Below, piece by piece: positions 10,649-19,819 of a stretch of DNA of 28,983 nt; position 1 is the stretch's first letter, and each line of letters opens with the position of its first letter. The translations under genes were made by a program, and so were the position numbers. Under the pieces are notes generated by a model, which made no database searches, had not been told where the DNA came from, and saw nothing but the letters and a program-made list of their open reading frames with translations. The stretch is from an uncultured bacterium (GTDB lineage Bacteria > Chloroflexota > UBA5177 > JANWHV01), in assembly GCA_963729625.1 (NCBI GenBank), contig CAVSOU010000018.1, positions 1 to 28,983 of the forward strand, written 5' to 3'.

Positions 10649-11688
10649 TTAGCGGTATCCGGCCGCGGACAGAGCCATGACCGAGGCGGCATCCTTTGCA
10701 AGAATGAAGTTTGGACCGCTCAGCTCTGTCTGAACGGGCTTCAGTCCGTACTGCACATTGAGCGCGATCCATATCATCGGCAGGTACCCCTGCAGGTACT
10801 GCTGTTGATCGATGGCAAAGAGGACCTGGCCGCTTTGGATCGCCGTCAGCGTCGTCGGGTCAAAGTCGAACGTCGCGATCTTGAACTGCGACTGCTTGTT
10901 CAAATCTTTCACGGCGATCAGCGCGGCGTCGCAGTTGGGCTCGGCGCCGAGGCTGAAGATGCCGTCGAAGTCGGTGCTGGTGATCGCGGCTTTGACCGGT
11001 TGACTGAGTTCGAGACCGAGTTGACATCCGTCGCGACCACCTTGGTCGTGCCCTTGAATCCGGCGATGAACGCGTTCTGCCGGATGCGGAGCCCCTGCTC
11101 AGCCAGATTGTGATTCAGGATGAACGCCTTCTTCACGCCGGCCGCGCTCATCCGCTTGCCGGCTGCGACACCGGCCGCGTACTCATCCTGGCCGACGTAG
11201 CCGAGAGCGCCCCACTCTTGCCACTGTCCTATGCCCTGATTGATCATGACAACTTTGATGCCTGCGGCAACAGCTTGCTTGACCGGGCCTTCCATCGCGC
11301 TCGCATCCCAGACGCCGGTCACGATGCCGGTCGGCTGCGTGGCAATTGCCGCTTTGACGAGCCGCGGCTGGTCGATCGTGGCGTCGAAATTCGCCGTGCC
11401 CCGGACATCCACCGTGATCCCGAGGTCCTTTCCGGCCTGATGCGCCCCACCGGCGAGCGTCCCGAAGAACCCGCGCGCAAGGCCGCCCGTCTGCGGATAC
11501 TCGATCCGGATCTTGTTCCGTGGCATGATGTCGTTGGATCGATTGAGCATAGCGTCCGCCGCGGACGCGATCTGCTTGTCCGACAGCAAGCCGCCGTACG
11601 AGACCGCAGCCGTCGCGATAAGTGAACGCTTCAGGAAACTCGATCGCCCAATGCCACCCTTCGGCTGTGAATTCAACTGGTCGGCCAT
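10649..11688 (-). CDS. Sugar ABC transporter substrate-binding protein (periplasmic binding protein type 1), frameshifted
   Basis: N-terminal export signal; AGKDLGITV, AVAAGIKVVMIN, YVGQDEYAAGVAAG, C-terminal FAIDQQQYLQGYL. Confidence 0.88.
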
Positions 11689-11850
11689 GTTTCACCTCTC
11701 CTAGCTATTTGTGCCCAGCCACGCAAACGTATCGGAACGGACCGTAGGGAACCGGCTATGAGCAACGGCGCATGGCAATCTCGCAGCTGCACCTCCTTTC
11801 CACGTCATCTGAGTGGCCATGACCCCGGCTGGACGCTCGGGACGACCTGG

Positions 11851-11874
11851 CAGAGTGATACCGAATATATTCAT
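11851..11874 (-). pseudogene. Relic of the first ~8 codons of an rpe-like gene
   Basis: ATGAATATATTCGGTATCACTCTG vs ATGAAAACATCGGTATCACTCTG at 16792-16770, preceded by a homologous leader and RBS. Confidence 0.65.
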
Positions 11875-11935
11875 GTTCACCCTACCCGTACTCACCACCG
11901 ATTCGCAACTCGCCCGGTCGCTCCGCTCGCTCCTA

Positions 11936-12008
11936 TTTCAGACTGTTGCTCTTAGGCATATCGGACTCAATCGGTTAGTATCTTATGCCCGCTCAGGAAG
12001 CCTGTCAA
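11936..12008 (-). promoter_or_regulatory. sigma70 promoter with operator (copy A) upstream of the ABC transporter/epimerase/ADH operon
   Basis: TTGACA (12008-12003), 17-nt spacer, TAAGAT (11985-11980), then ACTAACCGATTGAGTCCGATATGCCTAAGAGCAACAGTCTGAAA. Confidence 0.8.
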
Positions 12009-12145
12009 GCCAGGGCCATGGGCGGGGTCGCGCAGGATGCGGCGCCTCGCGCTTGGAACGAAGCGCCAGAGAAGCAAGGAACGCGTACAATCCATGCGAT
12101 AGCAAGCGAAAGAGCGAAAGAGAGGGAACCACCGCGCACTCGAAG

Positions 12146-12217
12146 GTGGAACGCGAACGCGACGTTCGCGCCGGGCCGACGTTGAGGCCAAAGGATGCAG
12201 TGGCGCGTGCCTGCCTG
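12146..12217 (+). pseudogene. Decayed internal fragment of a deoR paralog
   Basis: VERERDVRAGPTLRPKDAVARACL vs LERELDVRAEANVGAKEAIARACL in the 17064 gene. It follows TACAATccatgcgatagcaagcgaaag (12086), which is homologous to TACAATtcatacggtagtaatcgaaag (17018). Confidence 0.65.
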
Positions 12218-12955
12218 ATGCCCCTTGTATGCTCATGCTGACGGGCCCCTTGAAATCATACTGTCCCTCGACTGACTGCGTTCAGCAACCATGAAACGTA
12301 GTCGCCAGGCGTCCAGACCTTCGGTCCCAGCCTGGTGCCAGAGTATCAGCATATTGGGAAGATGATCAAGAGCTTTCGCCAGAATCCTATTGCTGGATCT
12401 AGCGTTTATTGCTGATATTGCGCGGCCCAGCAGCCAGCTCGCCGCACAATGACAGATTGACCAGCCGCGGGCCATGCCCCGCGCGGTGACAGTCGCCGAG
12501 ATGGCACGTATGGCGGGGTGTGCCTAGATGAAGCAGGGCGCCTGCGTGGCAGGTGCCGGTGCCGACATGACGCCTAACTCACTCGTCCGAGTGCGATAAG
12601 TGGAGAGTGAAGGCCGGAGCTGTCACAGACTAGCGAATATGCCTTGACTCCTGTTGCTCGTGCTGATAATCTGACAGCGAACCTGGAACTGTGCAAGTCT
12701 CGTCCCGCCCAAGCTTAGCGGTAGACGCCAAGGCGCCGCCGTCGAAAGGGCCTTGGTATGTGGAGCTTGTCACTGTGGAGATGCGGTAGCGTTTGCGGCG
12801 TGGCTGGCTTCGAGGACAGGCGACCGAACTCAAGCCACGAGGAAACCCGCAGCACCGTAGGTACTGACCGCCGTGTCTGTCGGCTGGGGCATGTAGGTTC
12901 CGGCGTGGCACCACAAGAGAGCACGGCGTCAATTGTGAGGAGGGCAGGAAGGTAA

Positions 12956-13799
12956 ATGGGAGCGGGCTTCAGATATCGCATGGCACGGCTCTTCGGCGAA
13001 AGCGGTAACGGTCGCTCTATGATCCTGGCCATGGATACGATATAGCTTTAGGCGCGGTGCCCGGTTTGGACAATCCTCGATCACTGTTAGAGTCACTTCA
13101 AGATTCGGGTATCGACGGCACGATACTCTGCCTAGGCATGGCCGGCCAGACTGCAGACCTCTTTGCAAGGCGCGGCGCACCAGCACGTGTGCTCACGGTT
13201 GACCTTCCGCTGCACTCGAATATTCCTGGCAACGTGGAAGACTTCAAGGCCTACGACATGGTGGCATCGGTGGAGGACGCCGTCCGACTAGGCGTGGAGT
13301 GTGTCAAGGCCATGGTCATCTGGGGCCTGGACCACGAGCTGGAAATGCGCATGCTGGCAAAGGTTGCCAAGCTCCGCCAGGCATGCGCGTTGTGGGACAT
13401 GCCGCTCATGATCGGACAGTCCTCTGGGGCCAAGCCATCCCTGAGAGCGAGCGCGCCGATGGTAGGCTAATCGCCAACGCGTGCCGCATCTGTGCCGAAT
13501 TGGGCGCAGACATTATCAAGGCACCGTTTGTGAGTGATATCGACGCGCTACACAGTATCGTCGTTCAAACCCCTGTACCGATTGTGATTCTGGGCGGCCC
13601 GAAAGCCGCCTCAGCGAGAGACGTGCTCGAGAAAGCCGCCCTGGCCATGAGCGCCGGTGTGGCTGGAATTGTGTTCGGGCGAAACGTGTGGCAGTACGAC
13701 GACCCGCCAAGGATCAGCACCGCACTTCGGCACATCGTACATGACAACATGTCGGTCGATGAGGCCATGCAGACTGTCGGTTCTATTCCATGGAGCTAG
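12956..13799 (+). CDS. DhnA/LsrF-type class I aldolase, frameshifted
   Basis: RMARLFG...MILAMD, SVEDAVRLG..CVK, RICAELGADIIK (Schiff-base Lys), PIVILGGPK, GIVFGRNVWQ. GGAAGG RBS before ATG 12956. Confidence 0.85.
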
Positions 13800-14719
13800 A
13801 TATCCTAGCAATCGGCATCTGCACGGTTGACCTTATTGCGTGCGTCCCGGACTTTCCCAGACCGGACGGCCACATGAACATGACCGCTCTGGTGACATCG
13901 CTGGGAGGCATTGCTGCGATCGCGGGCGCTACCGCTGCGCGACTCGGCGCACACGTCGGCTACGCCGGCACGGTAGGCGACGACGATGCTGGCCGAGGTG
14001 TTTTTAGCGCGCTCAGATCGGACGGCGTCGATGTCACGCTGCTTGATGTTCAGCGTGGCGCAGGTACTCCTAGCTGCATCGTGATCTCGAATAGAGCCGC
14101 TGGCACACGCAGCATCCTTAATGACCCCAACGTCGCTTCATATGGGCTGCACGCGCGAGCGGAGGTCCGCTCCATAGCCACACAGGCGCGGTATCTCCAC
14201 CTTGACTTCTCAGCATTCCAGGGCCTGGCCCAGGATATCCTGCCGTATTGCCGAGGCGCTGGCACTCGCGTCAGTATAGATGCCGGCGTCGACTTCTCCG
14301 GGATCTGGGATTATCTCCCGTATATGGATGTATATGCCAGCACTGATGATCAGATCAAGGCAATGACCGGTGAGCCCGACCTAGCCCGAGGCATGACCTT
14401 GGTCCGCGCTGCAGGACCCGAGATTGTTGTCGCCACACTTGGTGAGCGTGGCAGCGCCGGGCTTTCAGCTGAGGGTCGCATGATATTCGCTCCCGCTTTC
14501 GACGTGCCGGTGATAGACACGCTCGGGGCGGGTGACGTGTTCCACGGCGCATTGCTGTATGCGCTGCTGAAGGGAAGGAATCTGGAGGATGCTCTCGAAT
14601 TCTCCAATGCGGCCGCCGCGCTGAGCTGCCAGGTGGTAGGTGGCCGCAATGGTTGTCCCACGCTTGGCGCCGTCGAGGCGTTGCTAGCGGCAGGTTGCCC
14701 GCGCAAAGGCCAGCTGTGA
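13790..14719 (+). CDS. PfkB-family carbohydrate kinase (ribokinase/sulfofructose-kinase-like)
   Basis: Intact 309-aa ORF with GGIAAIAGATAARLG...GTVGDD and PfkB signature IDTLGAGDVFHG. Confidence 0.92.
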   Translation: MELDILAIGICTVDLIACVPDFPRPDGHMNMTALVTSLGGIAAIAGATAARLGAHVGYAGTVGDDDAGRGVFSALRSDGVDVTLLDVQRGAGTPSCIVISNRAAGTRSILNDPNVASYGLHARAEVRSIATQARYLHLDFSAFQGLAQDILPYCRGAGTRVSIDAGVDFSGIWDYLPYMDVYASTDDQIKAMTGEPDLARGMTLVRAAGPEIVVATLGERGSAGLSAEGRMIFAPAFDVPVIDTLGAGDVFHGALLYALLKGRNLEDALEFSNAAAALSCQVVGGRNGCPTLGAVEALLAAGCPRKGQL

Positions 14720-14847
14720 AGTGGAGACTGTCTGCCCAGTAGATCCCGCGCACGTATTCCCTGTAAACATCCGTGCGCCGCATGAACCGGGTGTCCACTG
14801 TTCGCCGGTAACGCCGTGTCCCTCGGCGAGACGCGGGGAGGACTCCA

Positions 14848-15627
14848 ATGGCTGACCCCGTTCGTGACCTGATGGCGTCAGAGCGGCGTCAGCGTATCGC
14901 GCTGTTGACGGCGCAGCGTGGTGCCGTGCGCGTGAGCGAGCTGACGGAATTGTTCAAGGTCTCAGCCGCCACGATTCGGGCTGATCTCACTTTGATGGCG
15001 CAGCAAGGCCAGCTTCTTCGCGCCCACGGCGGTGCCGTTTCACTCGGTCGCCTCGCTTTGGGCACCGCGCATAATCAGCGCGCCGCCGAGAACGCCGAGG
15101 AAAAGAGCCGCATTGGACGGATGGCAGCTAGCCTGGTGCGACCGCATGACAAAATCATTCTGGACGCGGGCACAACCGTCATGGCGATGGTAAAGAGCCT
15201 TTCAGTCAGCCCACTGGTGGTCGTGACCGCCGCACTCAACATAGCAATGCACGTTGGCGGACTGCCCGGTGTCCGCGTGCTGGTTGCAGGAGGCTGGCTG
15301 AATACCGAGTCGATCAGCAACGAGGGTCCGAAGGCCGAGCACGATATGTCTGATATCTTTGTGGAGAAGACGTTTCTCGCAACGCACGCTATCGATGCGG
15401 ACATCGGACTGACCGATGCGTCACTCGAGATCGCGCGAGTGAAGCACGCGATGACAAGAGCGGCACGCCAGGTCATCCTGCTGGCCGACTCGAGCAAGTG
15501 GGGCCGTATCGCCTTCGCCAAAGTGGTGCCATGGTCATCGATACACACTTTCATTACCGATACGGCGTTGCCTCGCGAGGCGCGGGCGGCGCTCGAGCGG
15601 TCGGGGATCGAGTTGATTCTCGTCTAA
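14848..15627 (+). CDS. DeoR/GlpR-family transcriptional regulator
   Basis: HTH ELTELFKVSAATIRADL...RAHGGA, IILDAGTT, VILLADSSKWG. GAGGA RBS. Confidence 0.93.
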   Translation: MADPVRDLMASERRQRIALLTAQRGAVRVSELTELFKVSAATIRADLTLMAQQGQLLRAHGGAVSLGRLALGTAHNQRAAENAEEKSRIGRMAASLVRPHDKIILDAGTTVMAMVKSLSVSPLVVVTAALNIAMHVGGLPGVRVLVAGGWLNTESISNEGPKAEHDMSDIFVEKTFLATHAIDADIGLTDASLEIARVKHAMTRAARQVILLADSSKWGRIAFAKVVPWSSIHTFITDTALPREARAALERSGIELILV

Positions 15628-15742
15628 AGTGAGGCCACGATGAAACCCGCAAGTGAAGCGCGGCTCACCAGCACAACGTGATGTAGATCCCGTCGTGGCT
15701 TCGGTATAGGTGCTTGCTAAAGGCAGATCGACAAAAAGTTGT

Positions 15743-16090
15743 CTATGACGCGACACCGAGATCGGCGAAGAGCGCGTGCATGTCCTCGCGCAGGGTTTGG
15801 TAGTGGTCGTCCAGTGGGGTCCAGGGCGTGAGGTCGCGTGCTGCAGAGGGTGGACTAGCGCTGGCAAGCAGTGGCTTGATCACCTGCTCGCGCAGCACGG
15901 CCAGCGCGGTGATGGCGCGGACTCCGTCGGCGGGGACGTCGTAGCGACGGGAGCGTGGGAGCCGCACCACGAAGCTCTTGGCGCGTAGCTTGCGCAGATC
16001 GTAGGCGGCCTGCCGGGTGCCATAGCTGGCCGCCAACGTACCGAGCCGCAGGCGGACCTGGAACGCGAGATCCCGGAGCCTGAAGCTCAC
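15743..16090 (-). pseudogene. C-terminal fragment of an uncharacterised transposase-like protein (RQAAYDLRKLR motif)
   Basis: FRLRDLA.QVR...YGTRQAAYDLRKLRAK..V.RLPRSRRY......R.I.AL.VLRE.VIKPLLA resembles, from recall, the winged-helix C-terminus of large mobile-element proteins. GACAA-AAAG-TTGTC hairpin lies at the stop. The N-terminal part is absent. Confidence 0.5.
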
Positions 16091-16099
16091 TGGTGCCCG

Positions 16100-16792
16100 T
16101 TACTCTTGCCTGGCAGCCTGACCTACCTCGGCAGCAGCGTGGCCTTCCACCGTTTGGGCGGCAATCCACAGCACTGCCGCTGCTGGGTCAGCGTCACCGA
16201 AGACCAGCGATCCTGGCGTCACGCCGTCGGCACCAGCTTTTGCCAGGCTCGGCACGATGGTGCGACGGATGCCGCCGTCGACGAATACTTCCGGACGCCG
16301 CGTAGTGCGCGCGCGTTGCTCCACGGTCGCCTGGACGCGTGCGTAGATCGTGGGATCGATGTCTACTCCTTTGATACCCAGCCGTGTGCCCATGAGTAGC
16401 ACGCGATCCATCCGCTCGAGCAAGGCCCAGGTAGGCTCAAGCGGATCGTCGACACCAACTGCGAGTGCGGGTCGCACACCGAGCGCCTCGATCCGGGCCA
16501 ACGCTACCCTTACGTCTGCGCACGCCTCCGCGTGGACGGTGAGCATCCCGGCGCCGGCTTCGGCAAACGGGCGAATCCAGTAATCGGCATCGGTCACCAT
16601 GAGATGGACGTCTACTAAGCGGTGCGTCCGCTGCGTGACCGCGTGCACGAAGTCGGGACCGAACACGAGGTTGGGCACATAGTGGCCATCCATGATGTCG
16701 ATATGGAAGCCCGCCACGACGTGCTCGACGCGCGCCATTGCCGTCCCGACGGCAAGGAGATCGGCCGACCAGAGTGATACCGATGTTTTCAT
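16100..16792 (-). CDS. rpe: Ribulose-phosphate 3-epimerase family protein (Rpe/AlsE-like)
   Basis: SLWSAD, HIDIMDGHYVPNLVFG, DVHLMV, HAE, LLMG, VDGGI; intact 230 aa. Confidence 0.88.
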   Translation of the reverse strand: MKTSVSLWSADLLAVGTAMARVEHVVAGFHIDIMDGHYVPNLVFGPDFVHAVTQRTHRLVDVHLMVTDADYWIRPFAEAGAGMLTVHAEACADVRVALARIEALGVRPALAVGVDDPLEPTWALLERMDRVLLMGTRLGIKGVDIDPTIYARVQATVEQRARTTRRPEVFVDGGIRRTIVPSLAKAGADGVTPGSLVFGDADPAAAVLWIAAQTVEGHAAAEVGQAARQE

Positions 16793-16854
16793 GTCACCCC
16801 CTGCCCGTACTCACTGCCGGCTCGCCGATGGCCTGGTCGCCTCGCTCGCCCGTG

Positions 16855-16929
16855 TTTCACTTTGTTGTCGTTTATGCATATCGTATTCAATCGATAAGTA
16901 TCTTATGCCAGCGTAGGGATGTCTGTCAA
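16855..16929 (-). promoter_or_regulatory. sigma70 promoter with operator (copy B) upstream of the rpe-like gene
   Basis: TTGACA (16929-16924), 18-nt spacer, TAAGAT (16905-16900), then ACTTATCGATTGAATACGATATGCATAAACGACAACAAAGTGAAA. Confidence 0.8.
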
Positions 16930-17014
16930 GCACGGGCCATGCGCGTGTGGCGCGCACAGGCGGCACAGATGTTCGAGTCCAGAGTAGTGCGGCACTGCGG
17001 CGGAGGTACGAAGC

Positions 17015-17023
17015 TGCTACAAT
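17015..17023 (+). promoter_or_regulatory. Extended -10 promoter candidate for deoR
   Basis: TGcTACAAT about 40 nt before GTG 17064; TACAAT is retained in the paralogous relic at 12086. Confidence 0.5.
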
Positions 17024-17063
17024 TCATACGGTAGTAATCGAAAGCGAGGGAGGGGGCTACACG

Positions 17064-17852
17064 GTGACGCGGGAACCGCTGCCGGAGCCGGCCGTCTTCG
17101 CCGATGAGCGCCAATCCCGCATCGCCGAACTCGTAGCGGTGCACGGGCGCGTGCGCCTTGCCGACTTGGTCGCGTTGTTCGGCGTGACCGAGCCGACCAT
17201 TCGCAAGGACCTCTCGGCCCTGCAGCAGAGTGGCCTGGTCAAGCGCACGCACGGGGGTGCGATCGCCGTGCGCTCGATGCTCGAGCGCGAACTCGACGTC
17301 CGCGCCGAAGCCAATGTGGGGGCCAAGGAAGCGATCGCGCGTGCCTGCCTGGCCGAGATCAAGGACGGCGATGCTATCTTCCTGGATAGTGGCAGCACCG
17401 TGCAGCGCATTGCCGCCAAGCTAGCCGGTCGGAACATTACCGTGCTCACGAATGCGATCGCGGTCGCCCAGTTGGTGGCGGACCTACCGGGCGTGGAACA
17501 TGTTCTTGTCGGCGGGCGCTTGCGCCGCGTGGCAGGCGCGCTCATTGGCGCCCTGGCGACAGAGAATCTCGAGCGGTTTACCGCGAATCTCGCCTTCATC
17601 GGCGTCAGCGGCTTTTCTGAGAATGGCCTGACAGTGGCGGACTTGGAGGAGGCGCAACTCAAGGCGACGGTGATTGAGCGAGCGCATCGGGTCGTGCTGC
17701 CCTTGGACCACAGCAAGGTCGGTGTCACGCACTTCGCGCGCGTCTGCGAGCTGGATGCCGTAGATGTGCTGGTGACTGATCAAGCGAGCGCCGCCATGGA
17801 AGAGCTGTGCGCCGCTCACGGTATTCGGCTGGTCGTGGCCCAGCTGGTATGA
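17064..17852 (+). CDS. DeoR/GlpR-family transcriptional regulator, divergent from rpe
   Basis: ERQSRIAELV...LVALFGVTEPTIRKDL...RTHGGA, IFLDSGST, DHSKVG. GGAGG RBS before GTG 17064. Confidence 0.93.
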   Translation: MTREPLPEPAVFADERQSRIAELVAVHGRVRLADLVALFGVTEPTIRKDLSALQQSGLVKRTHGGAIAVRSMLERELDVRAEANVGAKEAIARACLAEIKDGDAIFLDSGSTVQRIAAKLAGRNITVLTNAIAVAQLVADLPGVEHVLVGGRLRRVAGALIGALATENLERFTANLAFIGVSGFSENGLTVADLEEAQLKATVIERAHRVVLPLDHSKVGVTHFARVCELDAVDVLVTDQASAAMEELCAAHGIRLVVAQLV

Positions 17853-18044
17853 GCAGGTCCACGCAAGGAGGGAACAAAACTCATCGCGGTGGCCGTGCTA
17901 GCTTCGCTAATGTTTCGAGAGTTGCGCAATGGGCAACGGCGCCCGTTGAGCATTATCACCACGTGGGCCGCGCTATGCAAAGCTTGGATCTGGGGCGGCT
18001 GTTGTGCGTACGACAAGTGGCTGGCCAGCTCATTCCCAGTTCCA

Positions 18045-19592
18045 TCACCCCATGGCTGTTGTCTCGTTTAATGCCGTTTGTGCCTGTTCACACAGGGTAA
18101 CGAGAGTGGGCTGAACAGCAGGATAAAGCCCGCGAAACAGGCTGTAAACCTGATCGTAGCGCCCGGCTGCCTCCGTATTGTGCCGTAGCGCCGCATCGTA
18201 GGCCACCGCCAAGCGGCACGCCGTGGTCAAGTCAGGGAACAGTGCCGTCGCGACGCCAGCGAGTAGGGCAGCGCCCAGAGCAGACTGGTCGGCGACGGCC
18301 AGCGGAAGCACATCGCGACCCAGAACATCTGCAAGGACCTGCCGCCAGAGAGCCACGCGCATGCCGCCGCCTGCTACGACGATCCGTCGCGGCTGCACGC
18401 CAAGTGCGAGCAGAACCTCAAGCGCCTCACGAAGGCTAAGAGCCACACCCTCGAGCACCGCCCGCACCAGATGCGGACGCGCGTGCCGCAGGCCGAGACC
18501 GCAGAACACGGCACGCGCGTGGGGCCCCAGGGACGGGGCTCGCTCGCCCAGCAGGTACGGCAAGAAAATCAGGCCATCCGCACCAGGCCTCAGGACCGCT
18601 GCGTCGGCCAGGAGCCGGTCGAACACCTCGTCGGAAGGGTCGCCGAGCACATTCTGCCGTAGCCAGCGAAGGGCCAGGCCCGCGCTTAAGGCGGTGGACA
18701 TGCAGTAGCTTCGTCCCCGTATGACGTGGCACAGGGTGAAGGCACGCAATTGCTCGTCCATAACCGGCTCGGCGAGAGGCGCCACAAGCTGGCCTCCCGT
18801 GCTGACACTGATTAGCAGATCACCCGGCTCCAAGACGCCGGCACCCACCGCGGCCATACCCTGGTCACTACCTCCAGCGATTACTGGTATGCCCGGTCGT
18901 AGACCCAACGCAGCCCCTGCCTCCTGCGACAGGGCTCCCACCACGTCAGCCGCTTCGCGCACTGGTGGCAGGATACCAGCATGGAGTCCAAGGCAGGCCA
19001 ACGCTGGCTGCGACCAATCACGTCGTTGGATATCGAGTAGCAACGTACCGGACGCGTCGCTGGCCTCAGTGAGCGGAGCGCCTCCGGTCAGGCGCAGACG
19101 AAGGGCGTCCTTGGGCAGCATACAGGTAGCTATCAACTCCCATGTCTGCGGCTCGTGACTGCGCAACCAGGCCAGGGTCGCGGCCAGAAAGCCGGAGGCC
19201 ACTCGGCCACCTACGTGCTTCGAGAGTCCACGCGCACCGAACTCCGCGTTGAGTGCCTCGGCCTCAACAGCGCTGCGCCCATCGGCCCAAATGATCGCCG
19301 GGCGGAGCGGCTGCCCGTCTCTGCCCAGCACCACGGTACCATGCATCTGCCCGCTCAGGCCGATCGCACTTACGCCATGCAGCAGAGCTGGCCCGTCCTG
19401 CTGCAGACGCAGGCATCGCACCACTTGGCGGACGGCCTCCCACCACGTGGCGAGATCCTGCTCAGCCCAGCCCGGCTTCGGTTCGGCGATAGGATACGTC
19501 GCGACGGCAGTACCACGCACATGTCCAAGACTGTCCACAAGCACCGCCTTGGCTGCCGAGGTTCCTACATCCAGTCCCAGCGCCAGTTCCAC
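18045..19592 (-). CDS. xylB: FGGY-family kinase, xylulokinase-like
   Basis: LGLDVGTSAAKA, GWAEQD, IGLSGQMHG, AIIWADGR, GGSDQ, FLPYLLGERAP, RAVLEGVA; intact 515 aa. Exact substrate not certain. Confidence 0.88.
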   Translation of the reverse strand: MELALGLDVGTSAAKAVLVDSLGHVRGTAVATYPIAEPKPGWAEQDLATWWEAVRQVVRCLRLQQDGPALLHGVSAIGLSGQMHGTVVLGRDGQPLRPAIIWADGRSAVEAEALNAEFGARGLSKHVGGRVASGFLAATLAWLRSHEPQTWELIATCMLPKDALRLRLTGGAPLTEASDASGTLLLDIQRRDWSQPALACLGLHAGILPPVREAADVVGALSQEAGAALGLRPGIPVIAGGSDQGMAAVGAGVLEPGDLLISVSTGGQLVAPLAEPVMDEQLRAFTLCHVIRGRSYCMSTALSAGLALRWLRQNVLGDPSDEVFDRLLADAAVLRPGADGLIFLPYLLGERAPSLGPHARAVFCGLGLRHARPHLVRAVLEGVALSLREALEVLLALGVQPRRIVVAGGGMRVALWRQVLADVLGRDVLPLAVADQSALGAALLAGVATALFPDLTTACRLAVAYDAALRHNTEAAGRYDQVYSLFRGLYPAVQPTLVTLCEQAQTALNETTAMG

Positions 19593-19819
19593 GTTCGGCT
19601 CTCCTTTACCGCGTCACCAATCAAGCATGCACTTCACTACCGTCGCGCCTGCCACACGCTTCCGCCAAGCCGTATGAGCTTGCCTGGCAAGGGCTGGGTT
19701 TGCAGCGGTGGCTGGGCCGTGCCAGGTGCGGCGTGCCGGCGCTGTCCCTGTCCCTGCTCCTGCTGGTGCACAAACACCACCCGCAGCACGTGGCGGAACT
19801 GCTCTGGGTACTTGCGCAC

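Noticed and set aside
12474-12527. MPRAVTVAEMARMAGCA, resembling a LacI HTH start
   Set aside because: Only 17 codons, no RBS or downstream LacI similarity; could be chance.
12644-12670. TTGACT...GATAAT promoter candidate for the aldolase operon
   Set aside because: 15-nt spacer and nearly 290 nt from the start codon; too weak to list as a feature.
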